Assembly: GCA_964035545.1 (NCBI GenBank)
Contig: OZ037767.1
Span: forward strand, 5,844,707-5,908,706
DNA from: Bugula neritina
Taxonomy: Eukaryota; Animalia; Bryozoa
Reading direction: 5' to 3'
DNA: 64,000 bases
Shown here: one piece after another, positions 15,871-38,636 of the stretch
Position numbering within the stretch: the first letter of the stretch is position 1
How the letters are laid out: the number at the start of each line of letters is the position of its first letter
The notes under the pieces: generated by a model
Seen by the model: only the letters and a program-made list of their open reading frames with translations
What the model was told of the DNA's origin: nothing
The model's database searches: none
Program-made: the position numbers and the translations under genes

Positions 15871-18800
15871 ATGACTTCTGCCAAGTCTAAAATTGATTCT
15901 ATACTAGAAAGAGTAGGAGCTTTTAAAAAATATCAATGGATACAATTTGGGTTAGTTAACGCTGTGACTTTTATAGTACCACTTCATTTCCTAGCCATAG
16001 TCTTTCATTCTATCACTCCACTACACAGGTAAGAAAACTTTTTTAAAAATATAATAATAAAAAAGTTAGAAAATAACACATAACTATAAAAATATTATAA
16101 CAGTATGTGCTATCAACGTAATGATAATTATTTTCAGATGCAAACTGCCAGACTGGGAAAATGACACCTTCTCTCCATTCAGTGAAGTTCACAATCAATC
16201 AATATATCAATGGATACCAGTTGATAAAGATGGAATACTTGATTCTTGTAAAATATATACTAATAATAATGAGACTGTTGAGTGTGAAGAACATGTGTTT
16301 GATAAATCAGTGTACTGGGGAGTCACTCTAAATGAACGGGTTAGTTATAAAACTGTTTAAACTTAGCACACATCAGCGCCCATTTTTTCAGAAATATATC
16401 CATGAAAACTGTTACAGATACCAAGGTATTTGTAGTCACATTATTAGAATTGGCACATGTTATGAATCAGGAGATGATTTAGCATCATATATTTAACTGT
16501 TTCTTTCTGCTGCATTACAGTTAGTGTAGAGAATGGTATATATTTTTACAACTGGATCAAAATATTTACATTTAAATAACTCTGCGGTTTTTAAACACTC
16601 AACAATTAGCAGGCAATAGTTTTATAATTTATTATTTCTTTCTTTTTGACTAGCGTGAAAAATTGGCTATTGCATATAATTATTTTTCAACATATTTGTT
16701 AGGGTTTAAGACATGAAAATTAATGCTTGTTTAAAGTCAAAATAACTTTGAAAAACTATGAAATTTGAGGTGATTCTTGCCACATTGGTAAAGTGGTCGG
16801 AGAGCTTTGGTGGACCACTGGAGTAATAATTATGGCTGCATGAATGCCTTTTTTAGCATCACAAATAGCCTTACCAGATTTAACTATATATTATTTTAGA
16901 CTAGCCTTATGCTAGCGTTTAAACTTTTGGCTAGATTAAGTTGCATGTTTTAACTTCTTACAACTAAACAGTCATGCACCTTAACCCTTTTTGTTTGCAT
17001 TCAGCGTACTTTTTAAGCAACATCTTTAAGATTGCAGATAACGCAATTGTAATAATGCTAATTTGGCACGAGTAGTATTATTTTGTATAAAACTTTAAAT
17101 TTTTATAGTTTGAAATGGTATGTGGAAGCAGCTGGGCAAGCACCACCGTAAAGGTGATATACACATGTGGTCTAATTGCTGGTGCATTTGTTGTTGGGGT
17201 GATTGGAGACAGGTATGAATGTAACTATAAATTATAGTAAAATATATTAAACTGGTATCACTTTTTCATTTAATCTAAAATATTTTTATATTACCTAATT
17301 TTATGAATAAGATTTGACTTTAATGCTGCAGGAAACATTTTAACTTCTGCGGGCAGTTTAAAAATAAGAGCATACTAATTAATGTGGAATCAGCAAAGCA
17401 TTTTTAATATTTTTCTAGCACGTTTTCAAATTATTTAGTGAAACTCAGTGCACATATGTTTTAGAATTGGTAGAAGACTAACCATAGTTGGATGTCTGGT
17501 TGTGGGAGGAGCAGCAGGCATAGTGGCAGCATTCTCAGTCAACTATTACATGTTTGCAGCTTTTCGGTTTGTTATTGCCATGTGTATGGTTGGCGCTATA
17601 CTAATGGTCAGTCTTATTGGTAAGAACTAGTTCATAAACTATTCTATAGCTATTAACTTTTTTTCTGAAAACTGCATAATTTTACACAGCTAATAGCCAT
17701 AACAAACAAGCATGAGTTCAAGTTGTGACCCAACCAATAATTAGATGCAATGTTGATCAGAAAGCATCAATCATGATAACATTTCACGATAATCCAACAG
17801 AACAGAGTGAAAATAAGTAAGGAAACATGATAAAAACAATGGCAATAATACTTATGCTATTGATTTTATTATGTAAAATTACCATATGTTTGTAGGTGTA
17901 GAAATAACTGGACCTTCTAAAAGAGTCTACACATTTGCATTAATATCTCTCCTCTGGCCAATAGGAGCCATATTCTTAGCTTTACTGGCTTACTTTATAC
18001 AAGATTGGAATTGGTTGCAGCTAGCAGTTTCAATTTTACCTCTATTAGTTGGATTCCTTCTAGTTCCGTAAGTACATCGTATAGCCCTTTTCTTATAATA
18101 TGTTAGCATTGATTATAGTTTTAAATCCATATGAAATAAATGGAGAAAGTTTCAAAAAATTATGAGTTCTCCAATAAAACAGCTATATGCTAGGTATAGG
18201 CTTGACAATTGTTTTACATGCAGGAGCTAGCTGCTTCTATTACTTAAACAATTATTATATAGCTGGCTCCATTAGTCGTGCTACTGGTTTTTTAGTTTTG
18301 AAACAGTTTCAGGTCAACAATTAACTTCTGTTTTAGTTTTGTAAAAGAAACTCCATATTACCTGCTAACTAAGGGAAAGCATGATGAAGCTAAAAGCTTG
18401 TTTGAGTACATGGCTAGAGTAAATGGAAAAACTCTGCCTGAAAACTTCATGGATGAACTCAAAGAAGGGGAAAAAGCAGCTGTGACTGAAAAACTAAAAA
18501 GTATTTTTAGAACGCCAGTTCTTCTGAAACGAACAGCTATATCATTTTATCTTTGGTAAATATCAAACTGTAATAATTGCTCAATATCAAATCAAACTTT
18601 TTTGTTCTTTTATTGCTTTTAATGAGTGTTCCATAGCACCTGCAAGGAGTTTACAAAAGATAAAGTAGTTGACAGGTCTTTAACTTGCAAGCCGGGGTAG
18701 GTGCAGTAATGGAGAAATTAAAAAACGCCTACGCTCTAGATTAAAAATGTAGCCTAGAAGTTATGTTCTTACAAAAATTTCACCTCACGCCTTTATAAAC

Positions 18801-21800
18801 CAAAATTTAATAATAAAATTAAATAACTAATGCTATCTCAATTTCTCCACTACAGCTCTTAAATGTGCAAGCCAGTATCTTACCAATTACAGTATTAGGG
18901 CTACTAGAAAATATCTACTCTACATAGTCATTGTCTTCATGTTTATACATTACAGGTTTATCTGTGGTCTTGGTTTTTATGGCCTAAGCTTCAATGTATC
19001 TAATCTATCTGGTAATATTTACATCAACCATGTGTTGGTGTCAGGAGTATCCAGTCTTCCTTCCGTACTGCTATTTCTTCTGTCTCAAAAACTAGGCAGG
19101 AAGCCTCTCATCATGTTCTCACTACTTCTGAGTTCTGTCATGCTGATAGCCATCTCTCTTCTAAATGTGTATGTGGATCTTTCAAGTAAGTGAAATTCGC
19201 AATACAATAATATAAAACCATTTAATAAATTGTTTAATTAATGTCTTGAATAATTTCAAAGAATCTTCGAGTTTAAATTTATAATATATTTAAACTTATA
19301 ATTTCAAAAGAGAAAATCATATATTGACCAATTAGCATTTGCTGAAAATTGCTACTTCAGTTATGAATTTACATTAGTGTTTATTAGAAAATGCTTGTTG
19401 AAAAGCTATTTCTTTGAATCAGTATCAATTGCAGTATCAATAAACTGTAAGCTCTATATATAGTAAAAGTAGTGAAACTGTATTAAAAATGCATAAAGAG
19501 CTCATATAGGATGACATTGCAATTTCATAATTATTTTTATAGGACCAAGTTTATTTGGCAATATAATGGGTACTACCAAAAACAAATCATGTCATACATA
19601 TAGTAAGAAAATGATGGTATTCTATATATAGCTAAAAACTTCATAGATTAGTATCTTGACTAAGAGAAGCTGCTGTTGAAATTTTAGTGAAATCAATTAT
19701 AAATCGCTGTCCTATTTGTTAAACTCATTCATTCTAGCAGATAGTGTGCATTATGAAACATATATAACACCTAAAGTATGTTTTTCATGTTTTTATAACC
19801 AGCATTTATTTATGTAGCAGCGTTTATTAACACAAGAAATGCAGTGTTTCGTGGGAGCACATAATGCTGCATGGATGAATCTTTCCTAGAGTTGTTTGAA
19901 AGGTTTTATGTTGATTCTTTAACTTTATTTTACTTTTGCTCTATAGTGATTTCGAAATAGCTAATCACAGTCTCTTTGGGGACCCTACAAGAAAAGGTTT
20001 TCTAAAGCAGGCTAAAGGCTTATTCATTGGAGACAAAAGTGCAAAATTTTGTCACTGGATGCTCTTTCCAGTTTTTAACATCACCAATATAGTCTTTACT
20101 TATAGAGATCGAACCCCATGACCTTGTGTTTGCTAAGCCAGTGCTATAACCCTAGATTATGACCTTCAGTTGAATATTTTAATGAGGAACTTGAATCTTC
20201 AATCCATGCTAAACTAACAAACTCTTCTCATGAGTTTTTAAATGTCATCTTTTTTCAAGCACAGTTATTCGTTTTACTTGCGATTAGCAATTCTGATTAA
20301 AAAAGCATTATAGCTGCCATTTTTTTCACAAAAATATGACTTTAAAATGCAAACATTGTGAAAATATACAGCTTGTCTTATAGGTATATATTTTATCAAT
20401 AGTTCTGCTTGATAAAAGAAGTTACATCGTTTTTGTAAAACCATGTTTAGGATAGTCAAACACCTAAATAATTAGCTACTTTTTTCATAGCAACTGCTAC
20501 TAAACTGTTTCCAAATGGAAAGTTACACTCCTTTTTAGGTTTCAGATTGTCGTAATTAGAGCTAACTTTTTTTTACATGCACAACAACCTAAAATATGTT
20601 TTGTTTTTAAACAGCTGCATTAGTCAAGTAAAATTTCAAGTGCTATAATACACTGAATTATATAAGTAAGGTTTTTATGGCTACACTTGCATAACTTAAA
20701 ATGTTTGTTTATTTCAGATTACAGGTATGTAACTATCATAGTATCAATGATAGGTAAAGTTGGCATATCCACTGTGTTTTCGATGAGTTATCTGTGGTGC
20801 TCTGAATTCTATCCTTCCACATTGAGATCTACACTTCTAGGACTATCTTCACTGTTTGCTAGAGTTGGCAGTATCTTGGCTCCCATCATTGTAGACCTGG
20901 TAACTAAGTTTCTTAAAAAGTTCAAATTAAACATTGCAAATACATTAATGAATTAAAAATAATAAAACTACACCAGGAAACCTTGTAAAGAATTAACATG
21001 TGTACACGCTATTCTCCTAAAACATTTGACCCGTGCATTTTATAATACACACATTATTTATCAGCCATTTCCATCTGTTGATAATATTAATCAAATGATA
21101 TTGAAAGCAATTTATTGTTTATACTTTGGATGCATGTATGCAACAGCAGTACTAGTAGTTAGCAAAGCATTGATTAAATAGTTTGAGCAAATAACCAGTT
21201 TCACACCAGCTACGAATGTTGACCATTTAACCTATAACTTAACTTTTTATAAGACGGTCTTTTTTGTTATGTTTTAATGAAGTTAATTTTATAGGCCTAT
21301 AGCTTATTTTGTGGAAAAAAATTTTACTCTGAATTTATTAATTTGATGTTATTTAATTCATAATGTACATCAGTCAAATGCTGACTGTTATACACGTTAT
21401 TGTTCTAGAATCGACATGTTCCAACGATATTTGGGCCAAATCTAGGAAGTCTCATCTTTGGTATCACCATGTTTGTTGGAGCTATCTTAACTTTTTTCCT
21501 TCCAGAAACTAACAAAAAGAAAATTCCAGAAACAATTGCAGAGGCTAATGCTTTCGTGACTAAAAAAAGGTAAATGTTATTTCTATCAGCCAATCATTTG
21601 TTTGATAACCTTAGCAGCTAATTTTGATTTTTTGGGCAGATTCATGCTCAAATATTGTTTTTATTTTTATTGTCAGTAGACAAGATTCATATTCTAAAAT
21701 TTAATTATTTAAATAAGGAAACTAAAAACATAGCACTAATTGTACTTATATGTATTTGTTTTTAAAAACCGTTATATTGTTTTAGGAGAAACAAGATAAG

Positions 21801-21837
21801 CCCAAAAAAGGGGTCATATGACATACCAATGCAATAA
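15871..21837 (+). CDS. SLC22-family organic ion transporter, paralogue C (10 exons, 544 aa)
   Basis: Exons 15871-16028, 16138-16339, 17109-17212, 17465-17619, 17896-18067, 18337-18555, 18956-19185, 20718-20899, 21409-21569, 21786-21837. Exon lengths and phases are identical to paralogue B. Ends ...GSYDIPMQ*. Confidence 0.93.
19960..20163 (-). mobile_element. tRNA-derived SINE, degenerate copy 4
   Basis: Diverged match to the family (ctggatgctct, catcaccaat, gatcgaaccccatgac, ataaccctaga on +). Boundaries are approximate. Confidence 0.7.
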
Positions 21838-23038
21838 AAGTTTAATTAGACATTAAGCTATTTACAGGGCAAATCATTATATTAACTGAATGTATTATTT
21901 TTAGGTAGAATTTAACATCAATTGTTTTTGACGTTATTGTACTATATTATATATTTCCTTAATGTTTCCTTATTAAAGACAAATTACGCTGTTATTTTAA
22001 AACTATTTAAAATAGAATTAAGGGTGATATATAAGCATGCTTTTTGAATTGACAAATATGCATAATTTATATGTACTATGCGCTATGTTTATAATAATTT
22101 CATAAACATTTTGTTTTTATTGCTATAGTTTTATATGACTATTTGAATGTAAAATTGTATATTGTGGTGTGTACTACACTTATAGCTAATTACAACCCCA
22201 GTCACAATTGAAAGTTGGTTTTGCTAAGTATGTAGCACAATATGTAGATTTTAAGTACTAATTTCTAGAAAAATAATTTTCAAGACACAATATTAGAAAC
22301 ACAAAGTTTATTTAGCAAATCTAAAATAATTTATAAAAAGCAGCATATTTCATTAACTACCGCTATCAAATTCACTTTCTCAATAAAAACTATTTTGAAA
22401 ATTGTTGCAAATAGGGTATTCTTTTCAATAAAGCATTTTATTCCCTAAACTATATTATTTATATAGTGCAGCATATAACTGAGATCAAAAATTTTATTAA
22501 CAGCCATTTTTTAAGTATTTCCATGCACTATATATGCTATGAATTCACCAATTTTAATTATGCATGTTGTATCGACACTATAACAATTTGACTTTCTATT
22601 TGATGCTAGAAATCACAAGCAATGTTTATAACATATATAATTATTATTAAAACATCAATTAAAAATTAATAAAAAGTTTTGAAAATAAGCTCTGATTTTA
22701 AAATGAAAAAATGCAGATATTTAAACATTTATAGGTGATTCTACTAACTGATTTAACTTAATAACAAACTTACCAGCTCTAGAAGATCACCCTAAAACAC
22801 CGTATATAATGCTTTAGGGTAATCGTTAAAAATTGCTAAGTTTGTTTCTTGGTGGAATAAACCAAACCCTATACATATTAGACCTTCACTCTTGAACTAA
22901 TTAGTTTATTCAAATAATCTGTAATATCTTTCAAACTAGCATTAACGATTATGGAATACCTTCCCAAGTACAACTCCTATTGACTAATTTTGCAAATGCA
23001 AAATTAGTTAATTAGATTGATTAAATTATGTTAGAATT

Positions 23039-26000
23039 TTATTTTACTAAATCTGCTGTTGATGACATATTAAACTCTTCGACTTGGCTGTCCTTCTGAG
23101 CTTTTCTATAAAAGAAATCATAGCATTATAAAACAGAACCTAACATAGGTAAGTGCACAAAATGTTACCTTTAATAAACAGTCGTTGAGGGGTTGATTCA
23201 GTTTATGATTAGCCCTACCATTTCAAATATTTTCTGGCAAATCATTTCATTTCAGAATTGATCATCAAAATGACTTTACTTTCAGCCGTCATGTGTTTAG
23301 AATAACATTCTCATAAAACAAAATTAATTATGTCATTTTATAGTATTTTATACTAAATAACCTATTCTATTATTCAGCACAACTCAACACAATATATATT
23401 TATCACACATAATATGTATAACTTTTTGCTATTGATAGCTGCAGTATACAACAACACTAACCTGTTTGTGAGAAACACATTTGCTTCTGCAATAGTTTCT
23501 GGTATTCTTTTCTTGTTGGTTTCTGGTAACAAGAAAGCCAGAAATCCTCCAATGAACATGGTAGCACCAAATATGAGGGCCCCCAGATACGGCCCAAACA
23601 CTGTCTTCACATATATGTTCTGCAAAGATCAAAGTTGCTAATCAGCCGTTTTACTCAAAAAAATAGCAATTCTCCTATATAAACTTACACACATATAGAG
23701 AGAGCAAAAATCATTGTATATGCAAATACAAGCTTCTCTGAATAAATTCCATTTGCCTGGTTTTACAGGTAAATTGCAAGTCTCGCCCCCAAACCAATGA
23801 CAGACTTAAATAACATATTATGTTACTTAATTAATTCAAAAACAAGTTATAATATTTTATGTGATAACAAACTATTATTCATCAAGTATAACATGGCATA
23901 ACTCCCAACATACAATATGAGGTTTTCGGATTAGAAACTTTAATATGCATCTGTTAAGTATGCATGAAAATACTGGCATCATGGATTCAGTCTTACGGTA
24001 TTATCCAACACTCTACTGTAGATTTTATATATACTGTGCTTATCGAATATCAATATAACTTCTTCATTATCGCAAGTATATATAATAAGTAGATTGATCG
24101 ATTAAATAAGAGATTGTGGTGGGAGTTATCTCCTCAAAAGCCAGGTATCACTCCAAGAATTTCAAATATTTTTTACAAGTTTTATTAATTGCATTGAATA
24201 GCTATTTTACTTATGACTTAAAGTTATATAAAGACTAGTACATATAAATCCAAGTTAATATTAAGTAATAAATGGTGTTAATGAGGTAATGATGTAAGTA
24301 AAAGTATTACCTAGTAATTAAAACAAACCATTGTAAGGTTATAGATGATGAATTTATGTGAGACCATAGTTTTACGATATACATTGTATAATAGTTTTGT
24401 GCAGAAACAAATAGTATATCACCATGTGTTGCTTGTCACCAGCAAAGCTTAGAGGCAGTGTTTTTGCTGTTGTGTAAAATAATCAGAATAATTTAGAGAT
24501 GTGGTTAGCCTTACTTTAGACACACGTGATTAGAATGTATGACTTTAACATTACATGAGCAACTCCTATTGGCTATTATAAAGATATTAATGAGAAACTT
24601 ACCAAGTCAACAATCACAGGTGAAAGCATACTTCCAACTCTGGCAAACACAGAGCATAGTCCAAGAAGTGACGACCTCAAAGTGGTTGGAAACATTTCTG
24701 TGCACCAGAAGTAGTCAAATATAAACACTGTGGATATCCCTGCTTTTCCTACCATAGATATAGCTATGATCAGGCCGTTGAAATCTGTAATATTAGTATA
24801 TCCAAGTTAGCCTAATCAGAGGGTTGTGAAAAATATTAGATCAATGAACCAAAACTACTCCAACCTCTCGTTTATATTTACCCTATTCTTTCAAGGTATC
24901 AAAAGAGTATTTATAATAATATGTGCACAGCGTATACTCTTTAGCTAGTGACACAGGTAAACTCAGATTTTAGTAGTTCTTAAAATGAAAAACTGCAAAA
25001 TTGATTCTGTGCTTGTATACATCCTTTTAAAATCAACATCTAGTAAAAAGATAATTGCATGTAGAGTATGCAGTAAACATTGTGCGTGAAAAAAATTCTC
25101 CGGGAGTATTTTAAGGAAAAGATGTTTCCAGATTACTTCAAATTATTATAAAAACTGAAATTATTAAATAAAAAGGGATGCAGTGCATTAAAAAACTGTA
25201 ACCATTGACACTGTAATCCATGTCCTATAATACATGTATGACTTTATTAATCAGCTGTAGCTTAATGCACGCCTTGTGAATTTCATATGGTTGTTATTAT
25301 AATTATGTTATTCTATGAATATCTTACTTGATGTATCTAAGTACGCATTGAGAAAAGCTGTAGTCAGAAGTGCTACACTGCCCAGCAAAAGACAGAAGAT
25401 AGTTGGGGGTTTTCGCCCAATTACTTTGGAAGCCAATATAAATAGCGGGACAGCCAGGTCTGCCACCCCTAATAATATGTTGTTGATGAATATGTCTCCT
25501 GTGAGATTAGAGACATTGTATCCTAGCCCGTAGTAGCTCAGGCCAGCAGTGAACCTTAAATTAGCAAAAATAAAAATCCTTATCAGTAAGTAATGACGCA
25601 ATAAAGTAGTTAGTTTTAAATAAGTGTTGAAATATAATACACTTTATTACATAAAGTAGACTGGTTCACTAAAATCTATTGATACTAATTAATACTAATT
25701 TCTATCAATTTGCACGGCTTGGCCACTAGGCTATGCTACCAGAAAATTTATGGGAAACTGCAAGCAATTGTATTTAACAAGTTTAAGTATTGCATTTGCA
25801 TACCATTGGGTTTTAATCACATGTAACTATTTAGGCTGAAGGCACATAAGAAATCACACCATATGGGTAAAAAATATATTTATGTTTACGTATTATTAAA
25901 CTCTTTGAACATACCACAAATAGCAAAATACAGCTGTGCGCTTGAGAAGTACTGGGGCTTTAAATATATCCTTGACCTTTTCGGTCACAGCTGCTTCTTC

Positions 26001-29000
26001 TCCTTCTTTCAACTCATCCATGAAATTTTCAGCCAAAGTTTTACCATTCACACTGGCCATGTGTTTAAACAGTCTTTCAGCTTCTTTGTGCTTTCCTTTG
26101 GTTACCAGATAGTGTGGAGTTTCCTTGAGTAAACTAAAACATGTTCAGTTTGAAATGAAGAAATAATATCACACACATTGTATTTTTATTCTAATTCCTG
26201 CTTCAGAAAATTAAACCAGTTTTAATGGTTTTGTTTTTTTCTAGAAAAACACAGTATAGAATTAACGTTTGCTTTCCTCGCTCAATCGATTACAGAAAAA
26301 CTTTTTCGGCAATTTTCTTCTCCACTTATAGCGCTATTTTCAGCAGTCGTGAGCACACTGCCTATTGTTAGATAAACACAAACTTTACATTTTAAAGTTA
26401 CGTACAAGATTAAAGGTAGACTCAGAACAAGTGGTATCACAGAAATAGCTATTTGGAACCAGTTCCAGTCTTGAAGGTAATAGGCCAGTAAGGATGTCAG
26501 CATGACACCAACTGGAAACCACAGACTTCTGTACGCAATTCCATACGTCCTCGCAGAAGGCCCAATGATCTCCATGTCTATAATACATTATGTTTAATTC
26601 TACTTAGCTGATTAAGATTTGTAATGTAAAAGTCAATTTGATAAGTATCTACATAATGATGTATTCACTATAATAGACAATGTGAAATAAATTTACTCTA
26701 CTTTATGAAGAATGGGAATCTTAATTCAAGCTGAAAGCTACACTTAAACCAAATAAAAAGAAGCATGTTTTTTAAATTATTCACTATAGCTCATCATTAG
26801 ACAAGAATTTATAATAATAATAAAAGTAAAAGATATGAGGGACCTAAAATTTGGATTGTGTTAATTCAATTTTGAATTTATATAAACAGATATAACAATG
26901 TATAACAAACATTATAAAACAAGTTAACCTGCAAAGTGCTCTTTATTCATACATCAGTGAAAAACAAAGATAACTCCTGGAAAGTTCACCACTGCTCCTT
27001 TTTAGTTAGTTATCTTAGTTATTAGTGAAAATATAAAGCTGAAAGCCAAAGTAAAATGCATTTTGTATCTTTCTATTAAAGTGTAAATAACTTACTGATA
27101 ACATGGACTGCTACAGCCTGACCAATGAAGCACATGGCAATAACAAATCTGAAAGCTGCAAACATGTAGTAATTGACTGAGAATGCTGCCACTATGCCTG
27201 CTGCTCCTCCCACGACCAGACATATAATGTATGCCACTTTTCTGCCAAACCTACAAGGTATTAATATGTAATAATTGACTTGATACCTTATTTTGACATT
27301 GTTTTCATACACTGCAATTCCAAGCTTCACATGAATAGATTTTTCATTCGATGTTTGGAAACAGTTGCATAGAATGAAACTGAAACCATAAGTTAATGCA
27401 AACTGCGATCATAAACCCATTCGTATCAATCTATTCTAAGCAATGGAAACAAAGTGACTGCAAACTATAATATATAACAATAACTATCAACTAATTTTTT
27501 CAATGACAAAGTATATTTATCCCTCAGCAACTATATTTTATTGATATAAATGTTATTAGAGATTAAATGGCCTGAACAGCAATAAGACTTTGCAGAACAA
27601 AAACTTCTGTTCTTTGCAGGCGTCTATATACCAACTGTTATTGAAGCCTGCTAACTTAGTCTAGAAACTTCCAAGTCAAGCAACTCCAATAATTAAAAGC
27701 CCAGTAACATTTTAACATAATTATGTTTCAAATACTTAAAATAAAAAATGTTGACATAATTTTTGTATTGTGCATAACTTTGTTGAGCTATTCATTTGTT
27801 GGGAAGTTCAAAAAAACTACTTCAGCAGTTTGTTTTTATAGTTTTCATTTAAAATTTAACAAATAGTGCAATAAGTCACTAGAGCATGAACCTATTACAA
27901 GCCATGAATAAAAACATGTATGCACTGCAAGCTTTAGTTTTATATTAGGAATATAATGTTTACCTGTCTGCTATAACTCCTCCACTAAAAGCACCAAACA
28001 GCAGGCCAAGAGAGAAGACAATTTTCACTGTAGTGCCAGCCACAACTTCCCCACACACCATTTCAAACTAGAAATAGAGAGTAACTATACCATGTAAGTT
28101 ATTAGCATAGATTGTATTTGTTTGGTAGAACATTATTAGAATTTGCGACAAGGATAATTGTCCAAAGTATATAAAAAAATAGTATTTTTAATTAACTGAT
28201 ATAATTACTAATACAAATATGATTGTAATAATACAGGTATATAATAGAGGATATACTGTGCATCAGTCAATCATTTATAAACAGATAAAGAGTATAGATA
28301 GAGTAAGTCAACAAACTATAATCCTTTATTGAAGAATGGAATTTGTTGCTCAAACTCAAACATTTGATCTCCAACTGTACAACTAGGTGTCGGTTGTTAG
28401 GAGTAAAATTTGTATTATAGGTAATAATGGCAACAAATAGAAAAGTAGGTAAAAATGGCACACTGATGTCAAATTTTCTCAAACTTAAAACCCCAACCCT
28501 TAAACCCCAACCTCGAACTCAAGCCCCTATCCACAAGTCTAAACCTTCCATTCCAAACCCCCAACCACCACCCCAAACCCCATTAAAAATGTGCCATTTT
28601 TACCTACTTTTCCATTTGTGCCATTATTATATGTGCCATTATTACCATCCCCTTTTTGCCTGTGCCATTTTTACTAGTATAAGACTTGAGTAAACTAAAT
28701 ACCCCTTCTTCGCGCGCACGCACACACACACACCAAATATTTATCCATCACCGAACACAATATATTATACAGTTTTGCTAACCTGTTCATTAAGAGTGAC
28801 TCCCCAGTACACTGATTTATCAAACACATGTTCTTCACACTCAACAGTCTCATTATTATTAGTATATATTTTACAAGAATCAAGTATTCCATCTTTATCA
28901 ACTGGTATCCATTGATATATTGATTGATTGTGAGCTTCACTGAATGGAGAGAAGGTGTCATTTTCCCAGTTTGGTAGTTTGCATCTAAAAATGAATACGT

Positions 29001-29580
29001 AAATAATGCTAAATAAGCTGCAAGAAGCAGCAATAAAAAGTTAGAAAGCTGGAAATATACTTCCAGTTTTAAAAATATAAAATCTTTGCCTTTAGAAATA
29101 GCCGATTTGCCTTTACACTAAATACAAAGTATGTAAATTAGAATGTACAACTCAGGACTAAATATTTGAATAATTCAGCATAATCTAACTGTTGTCAGCT
29201 GTGCATGAGCAGCCATGGTCTAGGGGTTAGAGTGCTTGCCTAGTAAACACAAAGTCATGGGTTCAAATCCCAGACAAAGACCATTGGTGATGTTAGGAAG
29301 AACATCCAGTCATATTTGCTCCTGTGCCCCATCTGAACAAGTCCTTAGCACAAATTAACAAAAAACACCTTTCATCAGGGAGTTTCCCACCGAGACAGCA
29401 ACTATAAACTTGCGTGAGCTTTAAATGTCACCTGTGATTGGGTGTCAGAGAATGGAAGACAATAGCCATAAAATGCAGAGCAGAAGTTGTAGGACCCAAA
29501 GCACAGAGAACTAACTGTTGCCATTGATATCTTCCGAGAGCTCCCACGTTCTCCAATAGAAGGTCGATTTTAGACACCAT
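23039..29580 (-). CDS. SLC22-family organic ion transporter, paralogue D (10 exons, 544 aa)
   Basis: Minus-strand exons 29580-29432, 28984-28783, 28067-27964, 27250-27096, 26577-26406, 26133-25915, 25554-25328, 24784-24603, 23619-23462, 23105-23039 join in frame. Starts MVSKIDLLLENVGALGRYQW; ADRFGRK, EMFPTTLRS, LPET. Ends ...SSTADLVK*. Confidence 0.92.
28420..28675. mobile_element. Non-autonomous element with inverted repeats around a C-rich aaacccc core
   Basis: ggtaataatggcaacaaatagaaaagtaggtaaaaatggcaca (28420-28462) is inverted at 28590-28629, followed by extra tgtgccatt copies. The core resembles degenerate (aaacccc)n. Family not identified. Confidence 0.6.
29207..29422 (+). mobile_element. 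tRNA-derived SINE, copy 5
   Basis: gagcagccatggtctaggggttagagtg...gggttcaaatccc...ccattggtgatgttaggaagaacatccagtcatatttgctcctgtgcccc...ctataaacttgcgtgagcttt. Confidence 0.85.
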
Positions 29581-30866
29581 TTTAAGTGAGAAACTTTTCT
29601 ACCAACTAAAGTGACAGTATAATAAATTATGATTAGATAACAGATCTTTATAAATATAAGATAAGATACAGTTTTGAACGTCACAGGTGTGGTTTAATAG
29701 TTATTGAATACAAAGATTGTTGCAGAATTTTAGTAGCTTCACAATAGTTCCCCAGTATAATATTACAACGATTCACCACTATATGTTGATACTGCATCAT
29801 ATTCTAGACATGTTGTTAGTGTAAGCTTTTATTCTTACGGTCAAGTGACTCAGACTTTTGTAGTATATTGATAAACTATAATAATATTGTGACTAAGGCT
29901 TACTTAGCTATTTAATTTTTTTAGTCAACATAATGTTGAGACTCTATTTAACTGTGTAATGTTAAAAGCTATGATGGTATTTAAAAAATTATCAATGTCA
30001 TAAAATTATTGGTAAAAAACACCTTGAAGTTAATTAAAAAACTGCAAAATTTCTATATAAAGAGAACTTCCCATCTGGTCAGTTGGTATTTGCATTTTCT
30101 ATTATCTTTATAGCTGTTTAAATTTAGTTTAAATGCAGCATTAGTAATAGAGGTTTTCAATATTTCAATCAATCATTTTTGGTAAATATTAGATTTAAAT
30201 ATATATTATTTATAACTGCCATCTGTATATTTAAATGTCTATAAGTAGGGGGTTATATAAATATTTAATTATCGCCAATCATTGTAATTGCTAAAAAATA
30301 AAGCAATATAAATAGCCAATAAGAAGATTTTTTTAAAATTTCAATTAATTTGTTTTTATCAAACTTATATTATTTGTTATTTTAAGGTTTATTTGCAATC
30401 ATCTTTGAACAGAACATGTATAAACACTAAAGTAGTAAAACAAATTTGACAGACTTCATTAAAATTTCGATTCGTGTTTATGCATTTTCGAAACCTGTTT
30501 GCCCAGTCATCGGTTGCTGGGTGATAAATATTAAGTCTCCATTAGTTCAGCATATTGATGAGTCTTATATTGAAAAAGTCAGATGCTGTAATTGGGAAAC
30601 TGTACTTTACTAACCTACTACATCATAAATCTAAACACTAAGAGAATCGAGTCATTTTTCACTTTGTGATATATATATGCAAGACTTTATATTTTCAAAA
30701 ATTTCATCAAAAATGGTTATACATAATTAAAAGCCAATTTAATTGACTGCCAAATAAAATTTAATAATTCTATAAACTAAATATACAAACAGTACAAAGC
30801 AAACAGCTAAGCTGCAACAGTTAGGGCTTGCAATATATCTCCAAGGAGATGTGTTAAGTTGCTATT

Positions 30867-38636
<7,770 letters not shown>

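Noticed and set aside
27370-27440. Short similarity to 52190-52250 (aaacataagttaatgcaa...)
   Set aside because: Probably fragments of an old dispersed repeat; too short to define boundaries or family.
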